NCBI GenBank assembly: GCA_041742135.1
Contig: JBGSJG010000008.1
Location: 32,518 to 96,517, forward strand
Source of the DNA: Patescibacteria group bacterium
Lineage (GTDB): Bacteria; Patescibacteriota; Microgenomatia; UBA8517
Direction of reading: 5' to 3'
DNA length: 64,000 nt
Position 1 is the stretch's first letter. Each line of letters starts with the position of its first letter. The position numbers were made by a program, and so were the translations under genes. The notes below the pieces were generated by a model. It ran no database searches, was not told where the DNA came from, and saw only the letters and a program-made list of their open reading frames with translations. This document shows positions 55,702-64,000 of the stretch, piece by piece.

Positions 55702-57370
55702 ACGAATCGCACTTGTGGCTATATTGGTTTTGGCAGCAATTTTGCGTCTTTATAAGCTGGGTGAGTTTCCCATACACCTTACCAACGACGAAGCTGGATT
55801 GGGATACAACGCTTATTCAATCTTGCAAACTGGCAGAGATGAGCACGGGAATTTGTTCCCAGTGATTTTTAAGTCATTTGGGGATTGGAAGCCGGGACTT
55901 TATGTATATCTTTCTGTTCCCACAATCGCCCTTTTTGGGTTAAGCGAATTTTCAGTACGGCTTCCTTCTGCGCTCATGGGAATATTGGCCGTTTTATATA
56001 TTTACAAACTTGGATCAAAACTTTTTGGTGATAAAGTTGGCTTATTTTCTGCTCTATCTCTGGCGCTACTTCCTTGGCATATTCATTTCTCCAGAGGTGC
56101 CTGGGAGGCAAATGTCGCATTAACTTTGCTAATCGGAGGAGTTTATTACTTTCTAAAGTCATTTGAAAATAATAAATATTTTGTTTTGTCTGCGCTGTTT
56201 CTTTCCTTGACCCTATGGTCTTATCAAAGTGCAAAGATCGCGAGCTTGATTGTTTTGGTAGGATTAGCGTTTTTATACCACAAGCAGTTATTCAAAATTA
56301 AGTTTAAATACCTTGTGTCTGCCTTGATACTGGGACTATTAGTATCCTTGCCTATCGTTTTGTCATTGTTCACAGGAAAAGCGGGTCGCGCAAACGTGAT
56401 GAGCGTTTTTTCTTATACTCGTTCGGAAGAGTACATAGAAGAAACCGTTTTTGCTCACGAAAATATCACTAGAGATAGTCCGATTTTTGCGCTGTACCAC
56501 TCAGAAGCGCTTAACTTGTTTCGAGGCATATCTGGTAGATATCTTAACTACCTAAGTGGTAAGTTTCTGTTTTTCGAAGGCGATTGGTCCAATCCGAGGC
56601 ATACATCTGTCGACTCTGGATATTTGCTTTATGTTGACATAATAATCTTTGTTTTGGGAATTATTGGAATTTTGAAGCGAAAAATGTCAAAAGAAGTTGC
56701 GTTTGTTTGGTTTTTATTTTTGGTTTCTCAGGTTCCCGCGGCTTTGACTCGTGACAGTGCGCATGGTGTTAGATCTCTTGGAATGATATTTCCTATTTCC
56801 TTGATACTCGGTTACGGTTTAAATGACTTGGTACATTATTTACAAATGAATAAATTGGCCATTAGGTTATTTGGCTTTATTGCGTTGGTTTCCGCTTTCG
56901 TGTATAGCATGGCAATTTACTTAGACGCTTATTATGTCCAAAATAAATACCTAGAGCCAAAAGATTATTTTTATGGGTATAAACAAGTAGTCCAGAAAGT
57001 ATTTGAAAGAGAAACAAAGTATGAAAAAATAGTTTTTTCTCAAAGCTACGATCAGCCCTATATCTTCTTTTTGTTTTTCGGAGCTATGGATGGGGACTCG
57101 AGATTTTCAGCATGGGAGTATCAGAAAGAAAGTAGCTTTGAAGAGAACCAGTGGGGAGACGTTGGTTTAATCAAGAAGCTGGGCAATATTGAATTTAGAC
57201 CAATTAATTGGTATGACGACCGAGGCTTGGGGAACACACTTTTTATCGTCCGTGAAGAAGATGTCTCAAAAAGCGATTTGATCAGTAAGGAATTTAATAT
57301 TGAGACTGTAAGTTACCCCGATGGAAAAACAGCATTTATCTTAATAAACAAAAATGAAATTAATCAATAA
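55691..57370 (+). CDS. PMT/ArnT-family GT-C glycosyltransferase, tandem paralog 5
   Basis: TNDEAGLGYNAYSILQTGRDEHGNLFPVIFKSFGDWKPGLYVYL...LFGLSEFSVRLPSALMGILAVLYIYKLGSK. Start chosen at Met 55691 (MNIKRIALV...), which gives the same N-terminal length as the paralogs; the track ORF begins at 55667. Confidence 0.6.
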   Translation: MNIKRIALVAILVLAAILRLYKLGEFPIHLTNDEAGLGYNAYSILQTGRDEHGNLFPVIFKSFGDWKPGLYVYLSVPTIALFGLSEFSVRLPSALMGILAVLYIYKLGSKLFGDKVGLFSALSLALLPWHIHFSRGAWEANVALTLLIGGVYYFLKSFENNKYFVLSALFLSLTLWSYQSAKIASLIVLVGLAFLYHKQLFKIKFKYLVSALILGLLVSLPIVLSLFTGKAGRANVMSVFSYTRSEEYIEETVFAHENITRDSPIFALYHSEALNLFRGISGRYLNYLSGKFLFFEGDWSNPRHTSVDSGYLLYVDIIIFVLGIIGILKRKMSKEVAFVWFLFLVSQVPAALTRDSAHGVRSLGMIFPISLILGYGLNDLVHYLQMNKLAIRLFGFIALVSAFVYSMAIYLDAYYVQNKYLEPKDYFYGYKQVVQKVFERETKYEKIVFSQSYDQPYIFFLFFGAMDGDSRFSAWEYQKESSFEENQWGDVGLIKKLGNIEFRPINWYDDRGLGNTLFIVREEDVSKSDLISKEFNIETVSYPDGKTAFILINKNEINQ

Positions 57371-58991
57371 AAATATTATTCTAATTTTAATTCTTCTCTT
57401 GGCTGGTATTCTTCGCGTTTACCAGCTTGATGTTTATCCAGCGTTAAATGCCGACGAGGCCTCCATCGGTTACGATGCTTACTCGCTAATTGAGACTGGA
57501 AAAGATCAGCATGGAAATTCGTGGCCTATCCATTTCCAGTCCTTTAATGACTATAAACCTGGTGGCTACGTTTATGCAGTTTTACCATTTGTGTATTTAT
57601 TTGGACTTAATGAATGGAGTGTGCGACTGCCGGGTGCGATTTTTGGAATTTTTACAGTCTTGGCAGTCTATCTTTTGGCCCGTGAGCTAAACGTAGGAAA
57701 CTCCAAACTTAAAATTGTTTCAGCTCTTCTTTTAGCTATTTCTCCGTGGCATATTCATTTCTCCAGAGGTGGCTGGGAAGTTAATATGGCAACTTTTTTG
57801 ATAACTTTGGGATTATATTTTTTTGTTAAAGCTCAAAGGCAGATGAAGTATTTGGTCATTAGTGTTTTGCTTTTGACTCTCAGTCTTTACACCTATCATG
57901 CTGCTCGTGTGATAGTTCCACTTTTGGGGTTGGGGCTTTTGGCAATTTATCGAAAGACTTTGCTTTCAAAAGACAATCTCAGACTAAGCGTAGGGGCAGC
58001 TGTCTTTGTGTTTGTGCTGGTTGTTCCACTTATGAGCAATTTTTTTGGTGATGCTGTCTCCTCTCGGGCTTCGGGTGTGAGTATTTTGGCAGACCGAGGC
58101 TACATTGACAGAATTAACGAGAAAAGAGGAAGGCATGATAATCCCAGTTCGATTGTTAACAGGCTGATTTACAATAGACCGAAAGAAATTGCAATCGAGT
58201 TTGGTAAAAATTATCTAGAGCATTTTTGGGGCGATTTTCTATTTATATCAGGTGATGACATAGAGCGAAACAAGGTTTCAGAGTTTGGGCAATTGTACAT
58301 GTGGCAGCTTTTTGCATTAGTTGTTGGGGTAGTTGCTGTAGTCAAAAAACAAAAAGAGTGGGGAGTGGTTGTTTTATGGTTACTATTAGCACCGATTCCT
58401 GCTGCACTAACTTTTCAGTCACCACATGCACTTCGTGCGCAGAGTATGATTATTCCATTAATAATCCTTTCAGCTTTAGGTTTATGTATCGTGCTAGATT
58501 TTATAAAAAGAAAAGTCAGTAGCAAAACGCTTCGCACAATATTTTACCTCGCAATAAGCTTGGTAATTGTTTGGGATTTTTCAAGATATTTGCACAATTA
58601 TTGGGTTCACATGTCCAAGGCTTATCCATATTCATCTCAATACGGAGTAAAAGAATTGGTCAGTTATCTGGCTAATGAGCAGTCTCATGAAAAGAATATT
58701 ATAATAACTACAAGGTACGACCAACCTTACATCTTGTTCCTGTTTTATTTGAAATACCCTCCCAAGCAGTTTCAAAATGATCATGTGTTAAGTGGAAGGG
58801 ATGAATACGGTTTTTCTACAGTACCAACTTTTGATCGATATGAATTTAGAAAAATAAATTATGATACTGAATGGAGTTTATACCAGAATTCAGTGGTAGC
58901 TGGAACTGATGAGGAAATCGTTGAAGGGGCGAACGTAATAAAAAACATTTATGGGACGAACGGCTTTTTGTATTTCCAGGTAGTTAGATGA
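57354..58991 (+). CDS. PMT/ArnT-family GT-C glycosyltransferase, tandem paralog 6
   Basis: NADEASIGYDAYSLIETGKDQHGNSWPIHFQSFNDYKPGGYVYA...LFGLNEWSVRLPGAIFGIFTVLAVYLLARE. Confidence 0.65.
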   Translation: MKLINKNIILILILLLAGILRVYQLDVYPALNADEASIGYDAYSLIETGKDQHGNSWPIHFQSFNDYKPGGYVYAVLPFVYLFGLNEWSVRLPGAIFGIFTVLAVYLLARELNVGNSKLKIVSALLLAISPWHIHFSRGGWEVNMATFLITLGLYFFVKAQRQMKYLVISVLLLTLSLYTYHAARVIVPLLGLGLLAIYRKTLLSKDNLRLSVGAAVFVFVLVVPLMSNFFGDAVSSRASGVSILADRGYIDRINEKRGRHDNPSSIVNRLIYNRPKEIAIEFGKNYLEHFWGDFLFISGDDIERNKVSEFGQLYMWQLFALVVGVVAVVKKQKEWGVVVLWLLLAPIPAALTFQSPHALRAQSMIIPLIILSALGLCIVLDFIKRKVSSKTLRTIFYLAISLVIVWDFSRYLHNYWVHMSKAYPYSSQYGVKELVSYLANEQSHEKNIIITTRYDQPYILFLFYLKYPPKQFQNDHVLSGRDEYGFSTVPTFDRYEFRKINYDTEWSLYQNSVVAGTDEEIVEGANVIKNIYGTNGFLYFQVVR

Positions 58992-59851
58992 TCAAACTAA
59001 GTATAGTTTTAGCAGTTAGAAATGAGGAAGAAAATATTGCAAGATGCTTGAGCGCTGTTGCGGATATTGCTGATGAAATAATTATTTTTGATGAATATTC
59101 GGTGGATAAAACCCGTGATATCGCGAAGTCTTTTGGCGCGAAAGTATATTTGGAACCACATCACGCTAACTTCCATATTACAAAACAGAAAGCCATCAGC
59201 AAGGCTCGAGGCGAATGGATTTTGCAATTGGATGCAGATGAGGTGGTCACGCCTGAGCTTGCTCGCGAAATCATAGACGTTACCCAGATGAATTACGAGC
59301 AAATTATTTCTCGAAGGCCAAAGGAAAATAAAAAGTTGGTTTTATTTCAAAGACATTTGAAAGTGGTAGAGGAAAAAGATGGAAGTCTGGGTAAAAAGTC
59401 TGGGGAAATTGTTGCTTTCTTTGTTCCTCGAAGAAATATGTTTTTAGGAAAACCCTTAATTCACGCAGGTGTTTACCCCGATGCTGTCATCAGACTAATT
59501 AGACGTGGAAAGGCGTATCTTCCAGCCAAATCAGTACACGAGCAAATGGACATAGATGGAGAGGTGGCTTGGCTATTTAATGATTTACTTCACTTCGATT
59601 CCCCGACGCTAGCGAGATACTTTAGTAGACTAAACCGATACACAGACCTAAGGGCACAAGAGCTAAAAAACAGCAATGTATCTAAAGGGCTGCAAGGTTT
59701 CATCAAAGAAGTCGTAATTATGCCAATTTTGGTTTTTGTAAAGTTATACTTACGACACAAAGGGTTTTTGGACGGTCCTCGCGGGTTTATGTGGTCAGCC
59801 CTGTCAGCTAGTCATTTTCCCATTTCATATTTTAAATACATCACAAAATGA
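58988..59851 (+). CDS. GT2 family glycosyltransferase (WaaE/KdtX-like), paralog C
   Basis: LSIVLAVRNEEENIARCLSAVADIADEIIIFDEYSVDKTRDIAKSFGAKV...LDADEVVTP; clear paralog of 40508 and 42323. Confidence 0.65.
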   Translation: MIKLSIVLAVRNEEENIARCLSAVADIADEIIIFDEYSVDKTRDIAKSFGAKVYLEPHHANFHITKQKAISKARGEWILQLDADEVVTPELAREIIDVTQMNYEQIISRRPKENKKLVLFQRHLKVVEEKDGSLGKKSGEIVAFFVPRRNMFLGKPLIHAGVYPDAVIRLIRRGKAYLPAKSVHEQMDIDGEVAWLFNDLLHFDSPTLARYFSRLNRYTDLRAQELKNSNVSKGLQGFIKEVVIMPILVFVKLYLRHKGFLDGPRGFMWSALSASHFPISYFKYITK

Positions 59852-60915
59852 AAAAAATCGCTATCGATTCTCTTCCCTTGGTTTCTGGGCATTCCTCGCG
59901 AGGGATGGGAGTATATGCGCGAAGATTGATAGAGAACATAAAACTAATTGGGCAAAGTGATTTCGATGTTAATGAGTTTAATTTCATCGAAAACAAAACT
60001 AAGTTACAAAATTACGATTTAATTCATTATCCATATTTCGATCTTTTCTATCGTACACTGCCTTTTTATAAGCCTACAAAAACAGTCGTGACAGTAGCTG
60101 ATGTGACTCCACTTTTGTTTCCGAAGTATTACCCGCCGGGTTTTCGAGGATCATTTAACTTTGCACTACAGAAGAAATCGCTAAAAGGTGCAGACGCAGT
60201 GATAACAATTTCAGAGACCTCGAAAGCGGACATTGTGAAGTATCTTTCTATTGCGGCAAATAAAATATTTGTGACCAAGTTAGCTAGTAACTTTTCAATT
60301 CACAAAGTCGCAAAACAAAACTTGCTTCACGTTCAGAAAGAGTATGATTTGCCGAAAAGATTTGTGCTTTACATTGGCGATGTTAACTGGAACAAGAACC
60401 TGCTTCGGTTGATTGAAGCGGTGAAACAGAGCGGAGAAATACTAGTAATTGTAGGAAAAAGCGCGACAAGGACGGATTACGACAAAGCCCATATTGAGAA
60501 TCTGCCACTTAGAACCCTGCAGGAAAACTACAGCAACGACAGGCAAGTTAGACGTTTGGGATTTGTTGAAGATGATGAGCTAAATGCAATTTGGCAGCTT
60601 GCGACAACGTACTGCATGCCTTCCTTGTATGAAGGCTTCGGTTTATCTGTGGTTGAAGCAATGGAAGCTGGTGTTCCAGTCCTATCTTCAAACACTCCTG
60701 CATTGGTTGAAACTGCAGGGGAAGCAGCACTATATTTTGACCCAGAAGATGTTTCAGATATGTCAGCAAAACTGGTAAAAATTACGAAAGACTCCACACT
60801 AAGAAAGTCACTTATCTCAAAAGGGTACGATAAAGCTAAAACTTACTCTTGGCGAAAATGCGCCAAGGAGACACTGGCTGTCTACAAACATGTCTTGAAT
60901 TTAAAATTTAAATGA
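59848..60915 (+). CDS. GT4 family glycosyltransferase
   Basis: YEGFGLSVVEAMEAGVPVLSSNTPALVETAGEAALYFDPEDV. Confidence 0.7.
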   Translation: MKKIAIDSLPLVSGHSSRGMGVYARRLIENIKLIGQSDFDVNEFNFIENKTKLQNYDLIHYPYFDLFYRTLPFYKPTKTVVTVADVTPLLFPKYYPPGFRGSFNFALQKKSLKGADAVITISETSKADIVKYLSIAANKIFVTKLASNFSIHKVAKQNLLHVQKEYDLPKRFVLYIGDVNWNKNLLRLIEAVKQSGEILVIVGKSATRTDYDKAHIENLPLRTLQENYSNDRQVRRLGFVEDDELNAIWQLATTYCMPSLYEGFGLSVVEAMEAGVPVLSSNTPALVETAGEAALYFDPEDVSDMSAKLVKITKDSTLRKSLISKGYDKAKTYSWRKCAKETLAVYKHVLNLKFK

Positions 60916-61505
60916 AAACAAAAAGCCAGAGTGTCGCGGTTTTTGATTTTGATGGGACTATAACAAAATCCGACTCTTTTAATGCATTTTTAGTATATTT
61001 ACACGGACCGGCTGCATTTTTTTTGTTTGTAGCATCTCATTTTTATTTATTCTTAAGGTACTTTCTCGGGTTTGTATCAAATCAGCAAATAAAAGAAGCT
61101 CTGGCAAAACGGTTTTTGAAAGGAGTTAAATACAGTGATTTTGCAAAAATTGCAGGAGATTTCTCGACATCTAAACTTCAGGATATTATAAATCCAGAAG
61201 CACAAAAGGCAATAAATAAGCACTTGTCGCATGCAGATAAAGTTGTGATTATTAGTGCTTCTTTAGGTGAATGGATTTCCCCGTGGGGGGCCAGCATAGG
61301 CGATATTGAAGTAATTTGCTCCACACTTGAAGTAAAAAAAGGCTTATTAACCGGAAAGTTTTCTTACAATTGTTATGGTTCTGAAAAAAAAGCAGTTTTT
61401 TTAAAATCTTACGAAAAATATAAAACGATTCATGTTTACGCTGATTCAAGTGGGGACAAAGATCTTCTTGAGGTGGCAACGCATTCACACTATAAAACAT
61501 TTTAA
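60912..61505 (+). CDS. HAD-superfamily hydrolase (HAD-IB/phosphoserine-phosphatase-like)
   Basis: Motif I VAVFDFDGTITKSDSF (DxDGT). C-terminal ADSSGDKDLL (motif IV-like). Confidence 0.55.
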   Translation: MKTKSQSVAVFDFDGTITKSDSFNAFLVYLHGPAAFFLFVASHFYLFLRYFLGFVSNQQIKEALAKRFLKGVKYSDFAKIAGDFSTSKLQDIINPEAQKAINKHLSHADKVVIISASLGEWISPWGASIGDIEVICSTLEVKKGLLTGKFSYNCYGSEKKAVFLKSYEKYKTIHVYADSSGDKDLLEVATHSHYKTF

Positions 61506-62677
61506 TGGCAAATAATAAAAAAATTGCGATTGTGACAGATGGTTTGTGGCGAAAGAGCCTGAGCGCCATCAGGGCGCTGGGTAACGATGGCTACGAGGTA
61601 ATCGTCATGGGAGATAGTCTAGCGACAACTGGTTTCTGGTCACGCTTCACCGCACGAAGAGTAATCGCACCAACCGCAAAGAATAACAGTGAGACTTTTG
61701 GCGAGGCGCTAGTTATACTGTTAAGAAGCCTTAAAAGCAAACCAGTGCTGTTTCCCATGGAAGATGACACTGTAATTTGGTGTTCAAAAAATGCCAAATT
61801 GATAAGTCAATATGCACACATTGCATTACCCCAAGCAAAATCCCTAGATATTGCGATGGATAAGTCTAAAACAATGCTCCAAGCGAAAAAAGTCGGCATC
61901 CCTCATCCGGAGACTTGGATACCCAAATCCTTTGAAGAATTCGTATCGATTATAAACAGTTCTTCAAGTGAAGTGGTAGTCAAGCCTGTACGTGGCAGTG
62001 GATCGCACGGCATGGTTTACGATACGCAAAAAAGCATGGTGGATTGGAGAATTTATTGGGACAAATATAGCCCTGTAGTAGTTCAGGAGCGCATTCCTGC
62101 CGATGGTGAAGCGCTTGGTGTTAGCGTTCTTATGGATCACGCCAACTGTGTGGCGGCTTTTGCACACAAACGCTTACAGCAATACCCTAACTCCGGTGGT
62201 CCCAGCACCGACAGAATCGCCATAGAAGACAAAAAAATAACCCAGCTTAGCATTAAGCTACTTGAAAGCTTGAACTGGCACGGGGTGGCGATGGTTGAAT
62301 GGAAAGTAGATCCAAATACTAAAAAAGCAAAACTGCTTGAAATAAACCCGAGATTTTGGGGCAGTTTGGAGTTGGCTGTTAGAAGTGGAGTCGACTTCCC
62401 AGTTTTATACGCTAAATTAGCCAGAGGAGAAAGAATTTCACCAGTTAAAGAGTATAAATTTGGAACTAGATGCCGATGGTTAATTCCAGGTGAAATACTC
62501 AGGTACTTAAGCCAAAAACCCGCAAATCGTGAATCGCTTTCTGCTTTTGCAAATGGGCTTCCGGCAAGCGCAGAAGAATGGGACAGGCAAGATATACAAG
62601 GATTTATATCAACTGTAATATGTACTTTTATTCAGGCATTTGACCGCGAAAACTGGAAATTTCTGAGGCGAAAATGA
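61505..62677 (+). CDS. ATP-grasp domain protein
   Basis: N-terminal pre-ATP-grasp KIAIVTDGLW...YEVIVMGD. Central VVKPVRGSGSHGMVY and VVQERIPADGE. LLEINPRFWGS at the C-terminal lobe. Confidence 0.6.
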   Translation: MANNKKIAIVTDGLWRKSLSAIRALGNDGYEVIVMGDSLATTGFWSRFTARRVIAPTAKNNSETFGEALVILLRSLKSKPVLFPMEDDTVIWCSKNAKLISQYAHIALPQAKSLDIAMDKSKTMLQAKKVGIPHPETWIPKSFEEFVSIINSSSSEVVVKPVRGSGSHGMVYDTQKSMVDWRIYWDKYSPVVVQERIPADGEALGVSVLMDHANCVAAFAHKRLQQYPNSGGPSTDRIAIEDKKITQLSIKLLESLNWHGVAMVEWKVDPNTKKAKLLEINPRFWGSLELAVRSGVDFPVLYAKLARGERISPVKEYKFGTRCRWLIPGEILRYLSQKPANRESLSAFANGLPASAEEWDRQDIQGFISTVICTFIQAFDRENWKFLRRK

Positions 62678-63528
62678 AAGTAAACAATTTTCTGACTTTT
62701 GATATCGAGGAATGGTACCACGCTAATTATAAAGGTTTTGATAATTCAGTTTATAAAACTAAGAAGGATGCTCATCTGCCAAGGCTAGTCGATCAACTTC
62801 TTCACATCTGCGAGAAACATAATGTAAAAGCCACTTTCTTTGTTGTAGGCTCTGTTGCTAAGCGGTATCCAAATATTATTAAAAATATAGTAAAGAGTGG
62901 CCACGAAATTGCTTCTCACAGTATGAACCACGATTTAATTTATGAAATGACCCAAAAGCAATTTGTGAAAGACATAAAACAATCAAAGGAAATTTTAGAA
63001 AACATATCTGGGAAAAAGGTGATCGGTTTTCGTGCACCGTCTTGGTCGGTAAATGAAAAAATTTCTGACTGGTTTTATGAAACACTTTTGGCTAGCGGGT
63101 ATAAATACTCTTCTTCAGTTTTTCCGGCCAAGAACTTTTTGTACGGGATGAATGACGCGCCTCTTGTCCCTTTCAGGCCAAAGGTCAAGCACAAGCAAAG
63201 CAAAATTTTAGAGATTCCCTGCTCAGTTTTTGAAGTAATGGGTAAGCGATTCGGCTTTTCTGGTGGGTTTTATTTGCGGATGCTCCCTGGACAAGTTTCT
63301 CGGTTTCTTACCAGATCCGTCAACAATCAGGGCCGATCTGTTGTATTTTATCTTCATCCCCGGGAGATTGACCCGAATCAGCCAAAAATCGATTTGCCAT
63401 TTCCTGAAAACTTAATCCACTACCATGGAATCAATAGTTCGAAAGGAAAGTTGGAATTTTTGGTCGCTAGTTTCAAAGACACTCTTGGCAATACGATGGA
63501 GGAGTATGTTAACAAGCAAAATCTATAG
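62674..63528 (+). CDS. Polysaccharide deacetylase (NodB family, 'FDIEEW' / PEP-CTERM-locus-like subfamily)
   Basis: FLTFDIEEWYHANY, ATFFVVGSVAKRYPNIIKNIVKSGHEIASHSMNHD, GFRAPSWS. Confidence 0.65.
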   Translation: MKVNNFLTFDIEEWYHANYKGFDNSVYKTKKDAHLPRLVDQLLHICEKHNVKATFFVVGSVAKRYPNIIKNIVKSGHEIASHSMNHDLIYEMTQKQFVKDIKQSKEILENISGKKVIGFRAPSWSVNEKISDWFYETLLASGYKYSSSVFPAKNFLYGMNDAPLVPFRPKVKHKQSKILEIPCSVFEVMGKRFGFSGGFYLRMLPGQVSRFLTRSVNNQGRSVVFYLHPREIDPNQPKIDLPFPENLIHYHGINSSKGKLEFLVASFKDTLGNTMEEYVNKQNL

Positions 63529-64000
63529 ATTTAGCAGTTTATTTTTAATTTCCTTGATCGCCGCGTCTGCGATATATATTCTTTTGGGAAGTCTATTCCA
63601 ATTTGTCTTTCAAATGCCTTTTGAATCTATTGTTGTGTTTGCTCTAATATTTCTAGTTGTAAGATTTTTACTTCGTAAGCAAATAATCCTTGATTCACAC
63701 AAACAAAGTGATCTACCCACGATTGTAATGTTAATTCTTGGAATAATACTAATATTCTATCGATCAACAACTTATGCTTTTTCGTTTGACGACATGGTTT
63801 TCCATTTGCCCTCGGGGCACTATTTCGGCAGCATTTGGCTTTTTAAAAACTTCATGCCCATGGACTTTGCGACGTTTTTGTATCCACTTCTTCAGGTCCC
63901 GTATTTATTTTTAGTTGAACTGTTGGGTCTTCGCGCCGCAATATTATTTTTAAGCACTTTTCAGCTGCTATGGTTCGTTGGCTTGTCTAAAAGGTTTGCG
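63506..64000 (+). CDS. Partial membrane protein (3' end outside the window), probably another GT-C-like gene
   Basis: Open frame from ATG 63506 to the window edge. Translation MLTSKIYRFSSLFLISLIAASAIYILLG... is strongly hydrophobic. Not in the ORF track because it has no stop. Confidence 0.3.
   Translation, partial: MLTSKIYRFSSLFLISLIAASAIYILLGSLFQFVFQMPFESIVVFALIFLVVRFLLRKQIILDSHKQSDLPTIVMLILGIILIFYRSTTYAFSFDDMVFHLPSGHYFGSIWLFKNFMPMDFATFLYPLLQVPYLFLVELLGLRAAILFLSTFQLLWFVGLSKRFA

Noticed and set aside
1-64000. Looked for CRISPR arrays, tRNA/rRNA genes, transposases/integrases, phage genes and toxin-antitoxin or defence-system signatures.
   Set aside because: No spaced direct-repeat arrays, no cloverleaf-compatible conserved tRNA boxes in the very short intergenic gaps, and no DDE/tyrosine-recombinase or phage structural motifs in any translation. 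The window is a uniform biosynthetic region.

Overview
This 64 kb window is almost entirely coding and co-directional on the + strand. Low GC and several TTG starts are visible. There are no rRNA or tRNA genes, no CRISPR array and no transposases.

The window opens with the 3' end of rfbB (dTDP-glucose 4,6-dehydratase), followed by a Nudix hydrolase and an RmlD-like reductase. Nearly everything after that is one very large glycan-assembly supercluster:
- about 13 GT2 (GT-A fold) glycosyltransferases, several of them polyprenyl-phosphate sugar synthases of the DPM1/ArnC/GtrB type;
- 4 GT4 domains;
- two Wzx/MOP-type flippase domains;
- about 20 multi-pass membrane proteins with GT-C features: six tandem PMT/ArnT-like paralogs, three tandem paralogs carrying a 'YFPMHDD' motif, and several unclassified ones;
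- three deacetylases: two NodB-type and one LmbE/PIG-L-type.

Several proteins are unusual domain fusions: a 1547-aa GT2–GT2(QxxRW)–flippase–GT4 protein, a NodB–GT4 fusion, and a GT2–GT-C fusion.

Interspersed are a sortase with an adjacent LAQTG-signal substrate, trmD on the minus strand, and three tandem NrnA-like DHH/DHHA1 phosphoesterases. A HAD hydrolase / ATP-grasp / polysaccharide-deacetylase trio sits at the 3' end.

The gene content and style (many PMT-family GT-C proteins, sortase, compact overlapping genes, low GC) resemble Candidate Phyla Radiation (Patescibacteria/Microgenomates-like) bacteria, but that is inference. All family calls rest on motifs read directly in the ORF translations; no database search was run.
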